This document shows positions 23,963 through 33,834 of a stretch of 37,638 nucleotides of DNA, in pieces. The stretch covers positions 1-37,638 of IMG/VR virus record IMGVR_UViG_3300011338_000863; one strand, given 5' to 3'. Made by a program: the position numbers and the translations under genes. Positions within the stretch are counted from its first letter, which is position 1. Each line of letters starts with the position of its first letter. The notes under the pieces are model-generated. The model had not been told where the DNA came from and made no database searches. It saw only the letters and a list, made by a program, of their open reading frames with translations. This DNA comes from a virus. Lineage: Duplodnaviria > Caudoviricetes.

Positions 23963-24303
23963 AATATCCTACTCACCAAGAAACGATGGACTACCTGGTT
24001 GATGATTCAGATCCGTTTGAAGAAGTAGCGAGATTCGAACTCAAGTGTGTATTTCATCATTTTATGAGCCACATTTTGACAATCAGGGAACAACAAGTTC
24101 TCGAGATGAGATTTGGTATCGGGAAGTTCAAAGAACACACACTTAAGGAAGTAGGAAAATATTGGAGTGTGACTACGGAACGGGCAAGGCAAATAGAAAG
24201 GAGGGCAATGAGAAAACTTAAAGGAAATAAAATTCTTGGAATGATCATGAATCATCACATCGGTAACGACTATTGTGAAAATATTGACATAGGAAAAAAA
24301 TAA
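23959..24303 (+). CDS. Sigma70 region-4-only HTH protein
   Basis: LTIREQQVLEMRFGIG...HTLKEVG....VTTERARQIERRAMRKLK closely matches RpoD region 4. Confidence 0.88.
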   Translation: MKYPTHQETMDYLVDDSDPFEEVARFELKCVFHHFMSHILTIREQQVLEMRFGIGKFKEHTLKEVGKYWSVTTERARQIERRAMRKLKGNKILGMIMNHHIGNDYCENIDIGKK

Positions 24304-24396
24304 GATAGTAAACACTTAAACCCTGTTGGACTTGTTAATGAGTCAATCTGGCATGTCGGATTGAAACATTAGCTGGTCTCGGAAGGAACGAGACTA

Positions 24397-25323
24397 ATGA
24401 CTGAAGCCACTTCATCTGTTGAAGTTGGTTCTGCTCCGGTTATCGACAATCTGTCGACGACTCCAGTTAGTGCAAAAAATGCACCTACTGGCCAAGCGAG
24501 CAAATCTAATGAACCCGCAATTGACGATCCTGATATCGATCTTGGAGACGGTCTTGTTTTCAAAAAGACTCAGCTCGCCGACAGCATCAGACGCCAAAAA
24601 GAGATTGAGGCCGGTTCACGCAAGAAGTTCGAGGAGGCTGCTCGTGATCGCAAGGAAGCTCTTGAGATTAAGCAGCAGGCCGCGGAATTTGCGCGTTACC
24701 TCAAGCAGAATCCCTTAGAGGCGCTCCATGAGTTAGGCGTTGACGTCAGCGGAATCTCACAGAATCTTTTAAACAAGGCCATTGAGCGCGAGCTCATGAA
24801 GCCAGAAGAGCGGGAGTCTGCCGACTTAAAAGAGCAGCTGGCCCGTGAGCGAGAAGTGCGCACTCGTTTAGAGGAAGAGCGCAAACAGCGAGAGGAAGAC
24901 TCTAAGAAGTCTGCTTTCGAACAAGAAGTTCAGCAATACGAGTCAATGCTCGTGGATAAATTCTCCAAGGCGGTCGAGAACGCTGGCCTACCTGCCGAAC
25001 CTGAGTACATCAAGTGGATGGCGGACATCGTTGAGGCCCACCTGCAAGAGAATCAACCCGTAAACATTGACGATATCGCAAGCGGAATCAAGCAAAAATT
25101 AATCAACAACAGCAAGTCTATCCTTGGCAAGTTCAAGGACGAAGAGCTCCGTGATTATTTGGGCGAAGACAACGCAAACCGGGTTAGGAAATTGTTCCTC
25201 ACTCAAGTCAAAACCCCAGTTATCAACAACCCTCCTTCTCATAGGAAAACCTACAACGCACCTAAGTCCAAAATGCTTGGGATGGCAGACATGCAGGCGA
25301 TCCGAGAGAAGTGGGGAGCATAG
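24397..25323 (+). CDS. Capsid scaffolding protein
   Basis: Charged coiled-coil protein between the portal and capsid genes. Confidence 0.7.
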   Translation: MTEATSSVEVGSAPVIDNLSTTPVSAKNAPTGQASKSNEPAIDDPDIDLGDGLVFKKTQLADSIRRQKEIEAGSRKKFEEAARDRKEALEIKQQAAEFARYLKQNPLEALHELGVDVSGISQNLLNKAIERELMKPEERESADLKEQLAREREVRTRLEEERKQREEDSKKSAFEQEVQQYESMLVDKFSKAVENAGLPAEPEYIKWMADIVEAHLQENQPVNIDDIASGIKQKLINNSKSILGKFKDEELRDYLGEDNANRVRKLFLTQVKTPVINNPPSHRKTYNAPKSKMLGMADMQAIREKWGA

Positions 25324-25335
25324 GAGAGATTATAA

Positions 25336-25830
25336 ATGGCGTCCCCATTCTTGAAAAGTGGTCCGATAGAGACCCAAAACATTCAAATCCGTCGAATCGC
25401 CGTGAAGGTCACATTGATTGGTAATACCGTCAAAACGTCCATCTACGGCAATACCGACACCCCGGATACTCGGGCTTACGTCGAAATTAACGGCGTGCAG
25501 CCGAGTACTTCTGGGACTGGTGCATTGTTTCTTGAGGATGCCGGCGCAACATTCGGCACACTTGATTCTGATGCGGCACCTTCAACCATCGGCATCCTGC
25601 TGAAAGTTGGTGATGCGATCGAATTGGTTAAGGCTGAAGTGCCAACCCTTACCATTAGCTCGAATGCAATGACTGCAGGTGTAATCACCAAAGCAGGTGC
25701 ATCAACTACTGGCGTGACCGCAAGCAACAACATCGCGTTCGTCGTGAGCGGAACCAACCTCGACTTAGACGCAGACGTGTCTAACCACATTTTCTGGGTC
25801 GACGTCACTTACAAAGCAAAACTCGTTTAA
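25336..25830 (+). CDS. Putative capsid accessory/decoration protein
   Basis: 164 aa, beta-rich, T/A/G-rich; AGGAG SD; adjacent to the MCP. Confidence 0.5.
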   Translation: MASPFLKSGPIETQNIQIRRIAVKVTLIGNTVKTSIYGNTDTPDTRAYVEINGVQPSTSGTGALFLEDAGATFGTLDSDAAPSTIGILLKVGDAIELVKAEVPTLTISSNAMTAGVITKAGASTTGVTASNNIAFVVSGTNLDLDADVSNHIFWVDVTYKAKLV

Positions 25831-25848
25831 TCGAAAGGTAATACATAA

Positions 25849-27072
25849 ATGGCTGCAATACATAGTTATAACGATTCGCTTAATGCGAATTTCAAGAACA
25901 CCTACGCGGATACGATTGAGAATCTGATTCCAGAAAACAATCACTTCTTGCGTGACATTAAATTCGTCCCTCGTGAAAAGCAGCAAGGTGGCACTTACGT
26001 GCAACCGGTCAAGCTGGCTCATGCGCATGGTATCACCTATGCGGCGAGTGGAACTGTTCCCAACCTTAATGCGGCAGTAACTTCGACTTACAAACAGGCC
26101 CAGGTCGAAGCTTACCAAACCATTATGCGTGAGCAGATTTCCTATGACGTCGCGGCGCGCGCTTCTTCGACAGAGAATGCGTTCCGAGATGCCACAGCAG
26201 AAATCGTTCAGGGTATGCGTGAATCTCATGCTCAGAAGCTTGAAGCTGAGGTTCTCTACGGCCAGAACAACTGGGGTACCGTCCAGACTCCTGCCGCTAC
26301 GACCTTGCTGATCAATCTTTCTGATTGGGCTCCTGGTTTGTGGGTTGGTGGCGAGAATGTCATGGTTGACATTTGGGACCCAACTTTAACCACGCTGCGA
26401 ACCACGGCCCAGGTGACAGGTATTGATTTTGATACCCGTACTTTGACTGTAACTTCCACGGCTGGCGTGCTGGCTAACGACTGGATCCTTCCTAAGGGTG
26501 CAGCTGCTAACCAGATGGCTGGTATTCATAAGATTCTTACGAATACTGGTACGCTGTTCAACGTTCCTGCCGCAACTTATTCGTTGTGGAAAGCAACTTC
26601 ATTCAGCGCCGGTGGTGCGGCTTTGACCTTTAAAAAGGTTATCGACGCGGCTGCTCGCGCCAGTGTCAAGGGCCAAATGGGCAAGGTCCGGGTTTACGTT
26701 AATCCAAAAGCTTTTGCAGATTTGACCAATGAGATTGAAGGCGCCAGGAATTACGGTGGTGAGCAATATGTGCCGAAGAACATGGAACGCGGCATTGAGT
26801 TCATGAAGTTTTTCTCTCCGGTTGGTGTAATCGAAATCGTCGTTCACAATATGGTGAAGGAAGGTTACGCTTACGGGCTCGAATTCTCGGGCTGCTGGAA
26901 GCGCATCGGCGCGACGGACGTGACCTTTAAGATCCCAGGTCGCCCACAAGAAGAGTTCTTCCTCGAGCTGGAAAACTCAGCTGGCTATGAGATGAGGTCG
27001 TTCTCCGACTTCTCGGTGTTCTGCTCTAAGCCTGCATGTAATTTCATTATTACAAATATCGTCAACACCTAA
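25849..27072 (+). CDS. Major capsid protein
   Basis: 407 aa following the scaffold and followed by a terminator; LNANFKNTYAD N-terminus and HK97-fold-like C-terminal pattern (GYEMRSFSD..VFC.KP). Confidence 0.85.
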   Translation: MAAIHSYNDSLNANFKNTYADTIENLIPENNHFLRDIKFVPREKQQGGTYVQPVKLAHAHGITYAASGTVPNLNAAVTSTYKQAQVEAYQTIMREQISYDVAARASSTENAFRDATAEIVQGMRESHAQKLEAEVLYGQNNWGTVQTPAATTLLINLSDWAPGLWVGGENVMVDIWDPTLTTLRTTAQVTGIDFDTRTLTVTSTAGVLANDWILPKGAAANQMAGIHKILTNTGTLFNVPAATYSLWKATSFSAGGAALTFKKVIDAAARASVKGQMGKVRVYVNPKAFADLTNEIEGARNYGGEQYVPKNMERGIEFMKFFSPVGVIEIVVHNMVKEGYAYGLEFSGCWKRIGATDVTFKIPGRPQEEFFLELENSAGYEMRSFSDFSVFCSKPACNFIITNIVNT

Positions 27073-27079
27073 TAGGACT

Positions 27080-27108
27080 GGGGGCCTAAACAGCCCCCTT
27101 TCTTTTCT
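27080..27108 (+). terminator. Rho-independent terminator after the MCP
   Basis: GGGGGC-loop-GCCCCC followed by a T-rich tract. Confidence 0.8.
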
Positions 27109-27134
27109 TCTCTTTTTTCTTCTTTGGGGGTCTC

Positions 27135-27569
27135 ATGTCTGCACCTGGATTTTACGATTATCAAGTTCTGTTAAACGGTACGACTACGTCAAACAGCTAC
27201 ACCTACTCTTCAATTATTAACACTGGGAAAAACAACCAGATGTGTGTTTTTATCAGCTTGAGCCTGGGTGCCGGTCTGACGTCTGCTGAATACAAATTCC
27301 AGCAGTCATTGACCAACGACCCAGCTGGGGAATGGTATGATTATCCCATTGTTAATTACTCAACTCTGACAACCAGCGTTGATACACCTGCTGAATATTA
27401 TTTGACGTCTAAGTCTTTCACCCAGTCTTTAACAGCAGGTGCCGGGCAGGCTCTTAAGCTTGGTCCGTTCCCCATTATCGTTGGAATGCCGTTCTTCAGG
27501 GTTGGCCGTAAGGCTAGTGGCGTTGGAACCTTAACCGATAAACTGACCATCACTCGAATTGTCGTATGA
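27135..27569 (+). CDS. Putative structural protein
   Basis: 144-aa beta-rich ORF in the structural module. Confidence 0.55.
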   Translation: MSAPGFYDYQVLLNGTTTSNSYTYSSIINTGKNNQMCVFISLSLGAGLTSAEYKFQQSLTNDPAGEWYDYPIVNYSTLTTSVDTPAEYYLTSKSFTQSLTAGAGQALKLGPFPIIVGMPFFRVGRKASGVGTLTDKLTITRIVV

Positions 27570-29578
27570 GCAAGTGCAAAGACTTTTACGCCGGCGCATC
27601 ATTTGTCGCCGACACGCAGGACAATTTGACTTCAGTGAATGAGAAGTTTCGTATCCCTGTGTCTAATGCTTACTCCATGCCGGTTAGGGCGTCGTTTCCT
27701 GTAACTGGAAATGGTTTTGTCCTTGACGACACGGCGAGCACTGACTTGCATTTGGTCGCCGATGATTTGACTGGTGGTGCAGACTGGGCATCCCGTGTTG
27801 GCGGATTTACAGCGGTTCATACTGGTTCACCAACTGTTGGCATGGAAACTCCGCTGTATCCTGCTGGTGGTTTTGCAGGAACAGGATACCGCAAGGCGGT
27901 CGGCGATTTTACCACGGCAAAGTATTACAAGCTCGCTTATAATGCCGCGCACGCGATTACGAACTCTTCGACTGTTACTTATGACATCTTGCTCCAAACC
28001 GGCGTGATTGCGACAGAAGAGCATTTCTGGGCACGCTATATCACTGCCTTAACCAAGTTTAACCTAGACGTTTACGCAAAAAATGATGGTTCAAATAATT
28101 ACAAACTTTACGTAGAGATAGACCACGTAACAACCAATGCGCTGTGCCGATTTACCGTTACGCAAATGGCGACTTTGTTGCTGACCTTCACTTACGACGG
28201 TGCGACAAAAGTGCTGACGATGTACGTTAATGGCAACGCGGTTGTCACTTCTGGATCGAATATCGGATCTTCCACCGGAAGTGGTAACGTTAGCACCGAT
28301 ACGGCAACTGACCTGTGGGTCGGACTTGTCGATACGGTGGTTGGAAAACCATTGGTTAAGGGTAAGATACTTGAGGTCGTTCGTCACCAATCCGTACTGA
28401 GCGCTGCGACAATATTGCAGCGTTTCCAGAAAATGGCAGGGATGCAACTGGCTGATGGAACTTACCCAGCAACGGCCACGATTCACAACTCATTTGGATA
28501 CATCCCGGTTAATAAAAGAATTTGGGCCTTCACCAAAGACTGGCCGATGATGAATGAAAAGGGGATCCTCGCCAATGTGGCTTTCGGGTGCAGCATGTAC
28601 AGCACGGCTATCACCGACGGTACAGGAGGAGCGAGCAACCTAACGATAACGGCTGGTGTCACCGCGGCGGCCGAGGCCAACGCTATTAATTCGGCAGTCA
28701 ATGGACAGACATTAACGATTCCGGGAAGCGGAGCTGTTCTTGACACGGCTATGTGGTTTAATTTTGGACTCAATGCCAGCGTCAAAGGAGCGGCGACAGT
28801 TGTTTGGCGCCCCAGCATCGCTGCCAGTTCTGCGTTTATTTACATATACGACGAGACGACGCTTAAATACTGGGTGACCGGAACGACTTGGAGTTTGACT
28901 CCAACGGCAATTGATTTAAGCTCGTTTATTATCCAGGGCACGGGCACGCTTACTGACCCTTATATTTCTAATGTCCCGTTTACCACTGAAACAGGATATG
29001 TTGGTTTCCATAGAATCGATATTTTTGTTCATAACAATACGACTCTTGATGCAACCAAGGAGATTAAAGTTTACTGGTGCCAGGTTTGTGACTCGCAGCA
29101 ATTCGCAGCTGAACCCCTGGCTGTTATTCGCCCTACTGGCGGAGATTCAAGCGTGATGCTCGGAACTCAGTTCCAATGGCCATCATCGATTATCAACTAC
29201 AATGTGGGTCAGATTAACTTCGACTTTTACCCGATATTCTCATCGACCCAGCCAAGACTTAGCCCATCCAACGCGATGACGCAAATGTCTGGGAGCACGG
29301 GGAATAACTATTTGCAAATGAACAATGGTTCTGCTGCAATCAGGTTTAAGGACAATGCGGCCCATGTGGTTTCATTATCTCCGACGTTTACCAACTATGA
29401 GCTCCTGCAATTCCAGCTGAATTGGAACAATGGGAACAGTAAGATGACTCAACAGATAACCAACAAGGGATTATCTGGAACGGCTGTTTTCACTGCGCCA
29501 TTGAGCAGTGGTAACTTTTTCCTTGGAACAGGCAGCCAATCAGCTGGTGGCTATTTCAAAAACATTGTGATTAGGTGA
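27566..29578 (+). CDS. Tail fibre/spike-like protein with LamG-like lectin domain(s)
   Basis: T/G/S/N-rich 670 aa; LTFTYDGATKVLTMYVNG...LWVG...GKI.EV is a LamG-like signature. Confidence 0.65.
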   Translation: MSKCKDFYAGASFVADTQDNLTSVNEKFRIPVSNAYSMPVRASFPVTGNGFVLDDTASTDLHLVADDLTGGADWASRVGGFTAVHTGSPTVGMETPLYPAGGFAGTGYRKAVGDFTTAKYYKLAYNAAHAITNSSTVTYDILLQTGVIATEEHFWARYITALTKFNLDVYAKNDGSNNYKLYVEIDHVTTNALCRFTVTQMATLLLTFTYDGATKVLTMYVNGNAVVTSGSNIGSSTGSGNVSTDTATDLWVGLVDTVVGKPLVKGKILEVVRHQSVLSAATILQRFQKMAGMQLADGTYPATATIHNSFGYIPVNKRIWAFTKDWPMMNEKGILANVAFGCSMYSTAITDGTGGASNLTITAGVTAAAEANAINSAVNGQTLTIPGSGAVLDTAMWFNFGLNASVKGAATVVWRPSIAASSAFIYIYDETTLKYWVTGTTWSLTPTAIDLSSFIIQGTGTLTDPYISNVPFTTETGYVGFHRIDIFVHNNTTLDATKEIKVYWCQVCDSQQFAAEPLAVIRPTGGDSSVMLGTQFQWPSSIINYNVGQINFDFYPIFSSTQPRLSPSNAMTQMSGSTGNNYLQMNNGSAAIRFKDNAAHVVSLSPTFTNYELLQFQLNWNNGNSKMTQQITNKGLSGTAVFTAPLSSGNFFLGTGSQSAGGYFKNIVIR

Positions 29579-29579
29579 C

Positions 29580-29924
29580 ATGAACGCTTTAGTTTTCAAT
29601 GAAGTATCCAACTGGGTACCAAAGGTTGTTCTTCTTTTTGCCGTCCTGTTGTTCGGGTATGCATGCTGGACACTTATTAAGTATGTAGTAAAGACAAAAC
29701 ACGGTGAAATAATGGACAAATTCTCTCACTTAGACAGGCATCTTGTGCAACTTAGAGATAACATTAATCATTTGACAGACAAAATTGATGGCATGGTCAC
29801 AAACGAGCAACATCGAGAGAGTAAACGTGAACTCAAAGAGAGCTTGTTTGAGATAAAAGACCAGTTCCATGACAAATTCGAAGAATTGCGCAAACGTGTG
29901 CAGAGCTTGGAGGAGCGGATATGA
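29580..29924 (+). CDS. Membrane protein with coiled coil (holin/antiholin-like)
   Basis: One N-terminal TM segment plus coiled coil, coupled to the endolysin. Confidence 0.55.
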   Translation: MNALVFNEVSNWVPKVVLLFAVLLFGYACWTLIKYVVKTKHGEIMDKFSHLDRHLVQLRDNINHLTDKIDGMVTNEQHRESKRELKESLFEIKDQFHDKFEELRKRVQSLEERI

Positions 29925-30517
29925 TTTTTTTAAGCGTAGCTCATGATGCGATTGCGCGCGGTGCCGCAAATTCTAAGTTCGGCATTAACGAATATGAATG
30001 CAGCCAGAAAATGACTCAGGCCTGCCAGGACGCTTTGCGTGCTGAGGGCGTTGAGGCCATGTATTATGACATCGGGCACATCACACCTCATAAGGCACCT
30101 AAGATTAGAGCGGTTAATTTGCATGACCCTCAATTGGCGGTAGAAATCCATTTGAACAGCGCAGAATCGGTCGGAAATTATGTCTCTTGTTTCCATAATC
30201 GAGGGAACGAACAAACATCTATGCTCTCCGATTACATCTGCTCTTCAGTTGTTAAGTGTACGGGAGTTAAGCGCTTCAAGTCCGTTGCGATACCTGAGCC
30301 AGGGTACGACACCGAACGTTATTGGTTCGTAACCAAGACAGACCCTCCGGCGATTATCGTAGAGCCGTTGTTCATGAACAACGACAAGCACATGGAATGG
30401 CTGATGACTGGAGACAATATCCATCTCCTCGGTCAATCGATAGGAAAGGCGATTGCGTTATGGGTTGGACGAAAGAAAGAATCTTCGGAAACAAAATCAC
30501 AACGATTGTTGGGTTAG
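29921..30517 (+). CDS. Endolysin, N-acetylmuramoyl-L-alanine amidase (Amidase_3)
   Basis: IFLSVAH, GA......NE, VEIHLNS, PAIIVEPLFMNN zinc-amidase motifs. Confidence 0.88.
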   Translation: MIFLSVAHDAIARGAANSKFGINEYECSQKMTQACQDALRAEGVEAMYYDIGHITPHKAPKIRAVNLHDPQLAVEIHLNSAESVGNYVSCFHNRGNEQTSMLSDYICSSVVKCTGVKRFKSVAIPEPGYDTERYWFVTKTDPPAIIVEPLFMNNDKHMEWLMTGDNIHLLGQSIGKAIALWVGRKKESSETKSQRLLG

Positions 30518-30645
30518 GCTGTGTCGGTGCCACGGCAATAGGAATCCAATTGCAGTCAATGGATGGTTACGTCGATCTGGGCAAGATTATGCAAGGGTTA
30601 TCAATGCTGGTCGGCGGCCTAACAAATATCCTGTCACGAGATTAA
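30460..30645 (+). CDS. Putative holin (two TM segments)
   Basis: MGWTKERIFGNKITTIVGLGCVG...LSMLVGGLTNILSRD; start at ATG 30460. Confidence 0.55.
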   Translation: MGWTKERIFGNKITTIVGLGCVGATAIGIQLQSMDGYVDLGKIMQGLSMLVGGLTNILSRD

Positions 30646-30646
30646 T

Positions 30647-30877
30647 ATGATGCCGATTCTGGTTAAGGTGGTTGTTTTTTTAAGTTCGCTTGCCTTGGTC
30701 AAGGCTTTCTTCTCTCTTTGGAAGAAAAAGAGCGTGATTACGATTGATATTGATAAGCAGAAGAAAATAGAAAAATTGTTTGATGAAAAAATAAGCCAAC
30801 TAAAAGAAAAAGAACATGAGAAAATGGACAAAGAGCAGGTGCTTGCTGAGCTTAATCGCTATCGTGACGTTAATTGA
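30647..30877 (+). CDS. Inner-membrane-anchored protein (i-spanin-like)
   Basis: N-terminal TM segment plus charged helical tail in the lysis cassette. Confidence 0.5.
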   Translation: MMPILVKVVVFLSSLALVKAFFSLWKKKSVITIDIDKQKKIEKLFDEKISQLKEKEHEKMDKEQVLAELNRYRDVN

Positions 30878-31232
30878 ATCATGTGCCGCGCCAATTAAGT
30901 TGGAGCCCATTGTTGTTGATTACTCGAAGTTAAAAGGATTGAACGAGATTGACCCTAAGAATCCGCCAAAGGATGGTGTTTGGATGAGTTGGCCTGATGC
31001 CACGTCCATGGCAGTCAATCAGCGCAATCAAAGATTGGGATGCCAAGAGAAAGATTTGCAGTGCCAAAAAGAGATTGCCAAGCTAAACCTGGCTAACGAA
31101 CAACTGGAAAAGCAGATTAAAACTGATATAAGAGCATCATGGTGGTACAATTGGGCTTTCCCGATTGGTATCTTGACCGGGTTTATTGTCGGAGCAGTTG
31201 TGCCGATTGCAGTTATGGGAGGGATGAAGTGA
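30816..31232 (+). CDS. Lipoprotein with C-terminal TM (spanin, u-spanin-like topology)
   Basis: Signal peptide ending LIESC, coiled coil, C-terminal TM AFPIGILTGFIVGAVVPIAVM. Confidence 0.6.
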   Translation: MRKWTKSRCLLSLIAIVTLIESCAAPIKLEPIVVDYSKLKGLNEIDPKNPPKDGVWMSWPDATSMAVNQRNQRLGCQEKDLQCQKEIAKLNLANEQLEKQIKTDIRASWWYNWAFPIGILTGFIVGAVVPIAVMGGMK

Positions 31233-31516
31233 TGGATAAAGCATTGATAAAGGCATTGGGAAACATTAAGCATTTCGCGCGCAAGGCGATGTTTATGCCC
31301 AAAAAGGGCGCGGGTGCATCCAGTAAAATGGATGGGACAGAAACTCCAAATGCTAAGAATGCAACCGAGGAAGCAGTGGAGCCAGTTGACAACCACGAAG
31401 AGGAAGCAGCTGAGCCAAAACGTCATCAGTACACTTTGATTTCTTTGAGTGGACCGAAGTCATCTGATGGGGATATGCCAATGAAAAAGGCATCGAAGAA
31501 GTTTAAGAACAAGTAA
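31232..31516 (+). CDS. Hypothetical low-complexity protein
   Basis: Likely start ATG 31232 (TGATG overlap); basic-acidic-basic composition. Confidence 0.6.
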   Translation: MDKALIKALGNIKHFARKAMFMPKKGAGASSKMDGTETPNAKNATEEAVEPVDNHEEEAAEPKRHQYTLISLSGPKSSDGDMPMKKASKKFKNK

Positions 31517-31609
31517 TCATGCATTGATTTTCCATTGAAGCGTCAGATTTTCCTGTGTTTTTAGGTCGGGCGCTTCAATAGAACAGCAATGCACCACTTT
31601 GGTGGTGTT

Positions 31610-32530
31610 ATGGCCTATACGACCGATGAACTGATTCGTCAGATCAAGCTTACGTGCTTTTTGCCGTCCGCGCAGGAAACTTTCACAGACGAGGACATGC
31701 TATCTCTTGGTGATGACGAGATTTTAAGCTCGTTCACGCCGATGCTCGTTGGTCTCAACCAAAATATCTACCTGGAAAGCGTGACGACACCATTTGTTGC
31801 CGGGCAAAGTCGCTATGTCCTCGATAAGTACGCCATGTGGAACAAAACCAGGCTTATTTCTCGTCTGACAGGAACCAATGTTATCGAAATGAGCCACGTC
31901 GAGATTGACGAGCTGCCTTATTTCTCCCAATCTGGCACGCCGCGCGGATTTTATCTTGATAACGACAGCATAATTGTCGTTCCAACCCCTGCGACAACCA
32001 CGGATAGCCTTTATTACTGGATTTATCGCCGCCCTGGCCGGATGGTTTTAACTTCGGCCGCGGCCAAGGTCCTCTCTGTTAATTATGCGACAGGACAGGT
32101 GACTTACACGGCTGTACCGCCAGCCACTTTCACCTCGACGTCCACTCACGACTTCTACGCTGGTCGATCGCCGTTCCGCCGCGTCGGCACCGAGGTTACT
32201 GCAACTAACTTGGCGGCCAATGTTCAGACGTTCCCGATTGCTTCGGTGCAGGGATTGCTCCCCAATGATTACGTTTGCGTTGTTGAAGAGACCGTGTTCC
32301 CTCCTTTGTCGGCAGAGCTGCACTCATTTTTACAGGAAGCCATTATTAAGGTCATGTCCAAGGCTCAATTGGACCCAGAGGCCTACGCCATACAGAAACA
32401 AGAACTTATGGAAGATGCGAAAAACGCCTACATGGCGCCGGGTAACCGAACTGTCGGGCAACCGCTGAAGATTTCGTGCCGTAAAAACCCATTCATCGGC
32501 TACACCCGATATTATCCAAGGATTCCTTGA
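31610..32530 (+). CDS. Head-tail adaptor / tail tubular protein A-like
   Basis: MAYTTDELIRQIK...QETFTDED...GQSRY...GTPRGFYL....IIVVPTP pattern; start ATG 31610 after GGTGG. Confidence 0.65.
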   Translation: MAYTTDELIRQIKLTCFLPSAQETFTDEDMLSLGDDEILSSFTPMLVGLNQNIYLESVTTPFVAGQSRYVLDKYAMWNKTRLISRLTGTNVIEMSHVEIDELPYFSQSGTPRGFYLDNDSIIVVPTPATTTDSLYYWIYRRPGRMVLTSAAAKVLSVNYATGQVTYTAVPPATFTSTSTHDFYAGRSPFRRVGTEVTATNLAANVQTFPIASVQGLLPNDYVCVVEETVFPPLSAELHSFLQEAIIKVMSKAQLDPEAYAIQKQELMEDAKNAYMAPGNRTVGQPLKISCRKNPFIGYTRYYPRIP

Positions 32531-33834
32531 TGTCTTTTGTCATTGATTACAAGGCGCTCGGCCTTTACGGGAACATTAACGAGCTCGAGTCTCCGGACGG
32601 CGCGCTATCCGTTGCGGACAACGTTCTCATTACCAAAGATGACGTTATTGAGTCGCGTCCCGCTTTTGAGGCATGCCAGAACGGTTTGCCGGCCGCTAAG
32701 CCATTGCAGATGTTTACGGGCAAGGGACTTCTTTTCACCCACATCGATAATCGGATATTCTACAAGGACGCTTCCTCTTGCAGCTACACGGCTTTGTCGT
32801 CTGGGGTCGGAGACATCATTTATCCTCGGAGCATCCAAGTCGATGGCAATAATCTCTATATCCTTGAGAACGTTTTCCCTGGAGATACCTATAACCTGCG
32901 CGCGGCGAACATCCTAAGCGAGTACGTCTATACGATCCGTGCGGGTATGAACATCCCAAATATGAGGTGTTTCACGGTTGATGGGACGCTGATGTACTAC
33001 TGCAAATACGTTCCCGCAAATCCGTTGCCGACGACGGTTGAGCTGAGGAAAATTGACCTCTCGACAGGAACGGACACCCTAATTGCTGGGTCTTCGTACG
33101 GACACGTTGATAACACCGGCGCGCTGGCTAAATTTTACGATATCAGCGGGATTATTTTTGATTCAACAGATATATATACAATGTCGAGTTCTGCGGTCAG
33201 GAAAATCGTTAAAGCAACCGGCGTTGTCACTACTCCTTTGGGATCCAATACTGGGGGGTTCACTGACGGAATAGGCGCCGCGGCTGCTCTGGGATGTTTG
33301 GGGCTGGCAAGCGACGGTACGAGTTGGTTTACCACTCAATCATTTTCTAACCAAGTTTACATGAGGAAGATCAATCCTGCCACCTGGGCGATGACAACTC
33401 CTGGTGGTGGCTCGACTATCGCTTATGACAACACAACGCCATCGAATGTCGCAGTGGATTCGACATATATGTATTTCATGACTGCGACGAGCGGTTTCCG
33501 AGTGCTCAGGTTCAATAAAACAACCGGAGCTGCCACTGTTTTGGCTGGTGCGCCAAGTAATCCTGGTTCTGCCGGATATGTGGATGGGAACGATGTTGAT
33601 GCACGATTTAACTTTGACAATAAAACATGCTCGGACAAAGATTTCACCGTTGCTGGATTTTGTTCAGCTCCGGCTTGCTGGGGCGGATTCACCTTTATCC
33701 CTGACTTTAATAATCAAGTCATCAGACGATTTAACCCCGGTCCAAATCAGGTCATTACCTATTTAGGGAATGCCATGTCTCCGGCTTCGACCGATGGCAG
33801 CTACTCACAAACCAGCATCATGGGGCCCGCATAA
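32527..33834 (+). CDS. Tail protein with NHL-repeat beta-propeller
   Basis: Repeated (L/I)AG...G.(V/T)DG.G..A.F motifs and IPDFNNQVIRR. Confidence 0.65.
   Translation: MMSFVIDYKALGLYGNINELESPDGALSVADNVLITKDDVIESRPAFEACQNGLPAAKPLQMFTGKGLLFTHIDNRIFYKDASSCSYTALSSGVGDIIYPRSIQVDGNNLYILENVFPGDTYNLRAANILSEYVYTIRAGMNIPNMRCFTVDGTLMYYCKYVPANPLPTTVELRKIDLSTGTDTLIAGSSYGHVDNTGALAKFYDISGIIFDSTDIYTMSSSAVRKIVKATGVVTTPLGSNTGGFTDGIGAAAALGCLGLASDGTSWFTTQSFSNQVYMRKINPATWAMTTPGGGSTIAYDNTTPSNVAVDSTYMYFMTATSGFRVLRFNKTTGAATVLAGAPSNPGSAGYVDGNDVDARFNFDNKTCSDKDFTVAGFCSAPACWGGFTFIPDFNNQVIRRFNPGPNQVITYLGNAMSPASTDGSYSQTSIMGPA

Noticed and set aside
31583-31589. Additional ACAGCAA as a seventh array unit
   Set aside because: It lies on the 3' side of a hairpin rather than 8-10 nt after a 5' stem strand, far from the array; probably chance.
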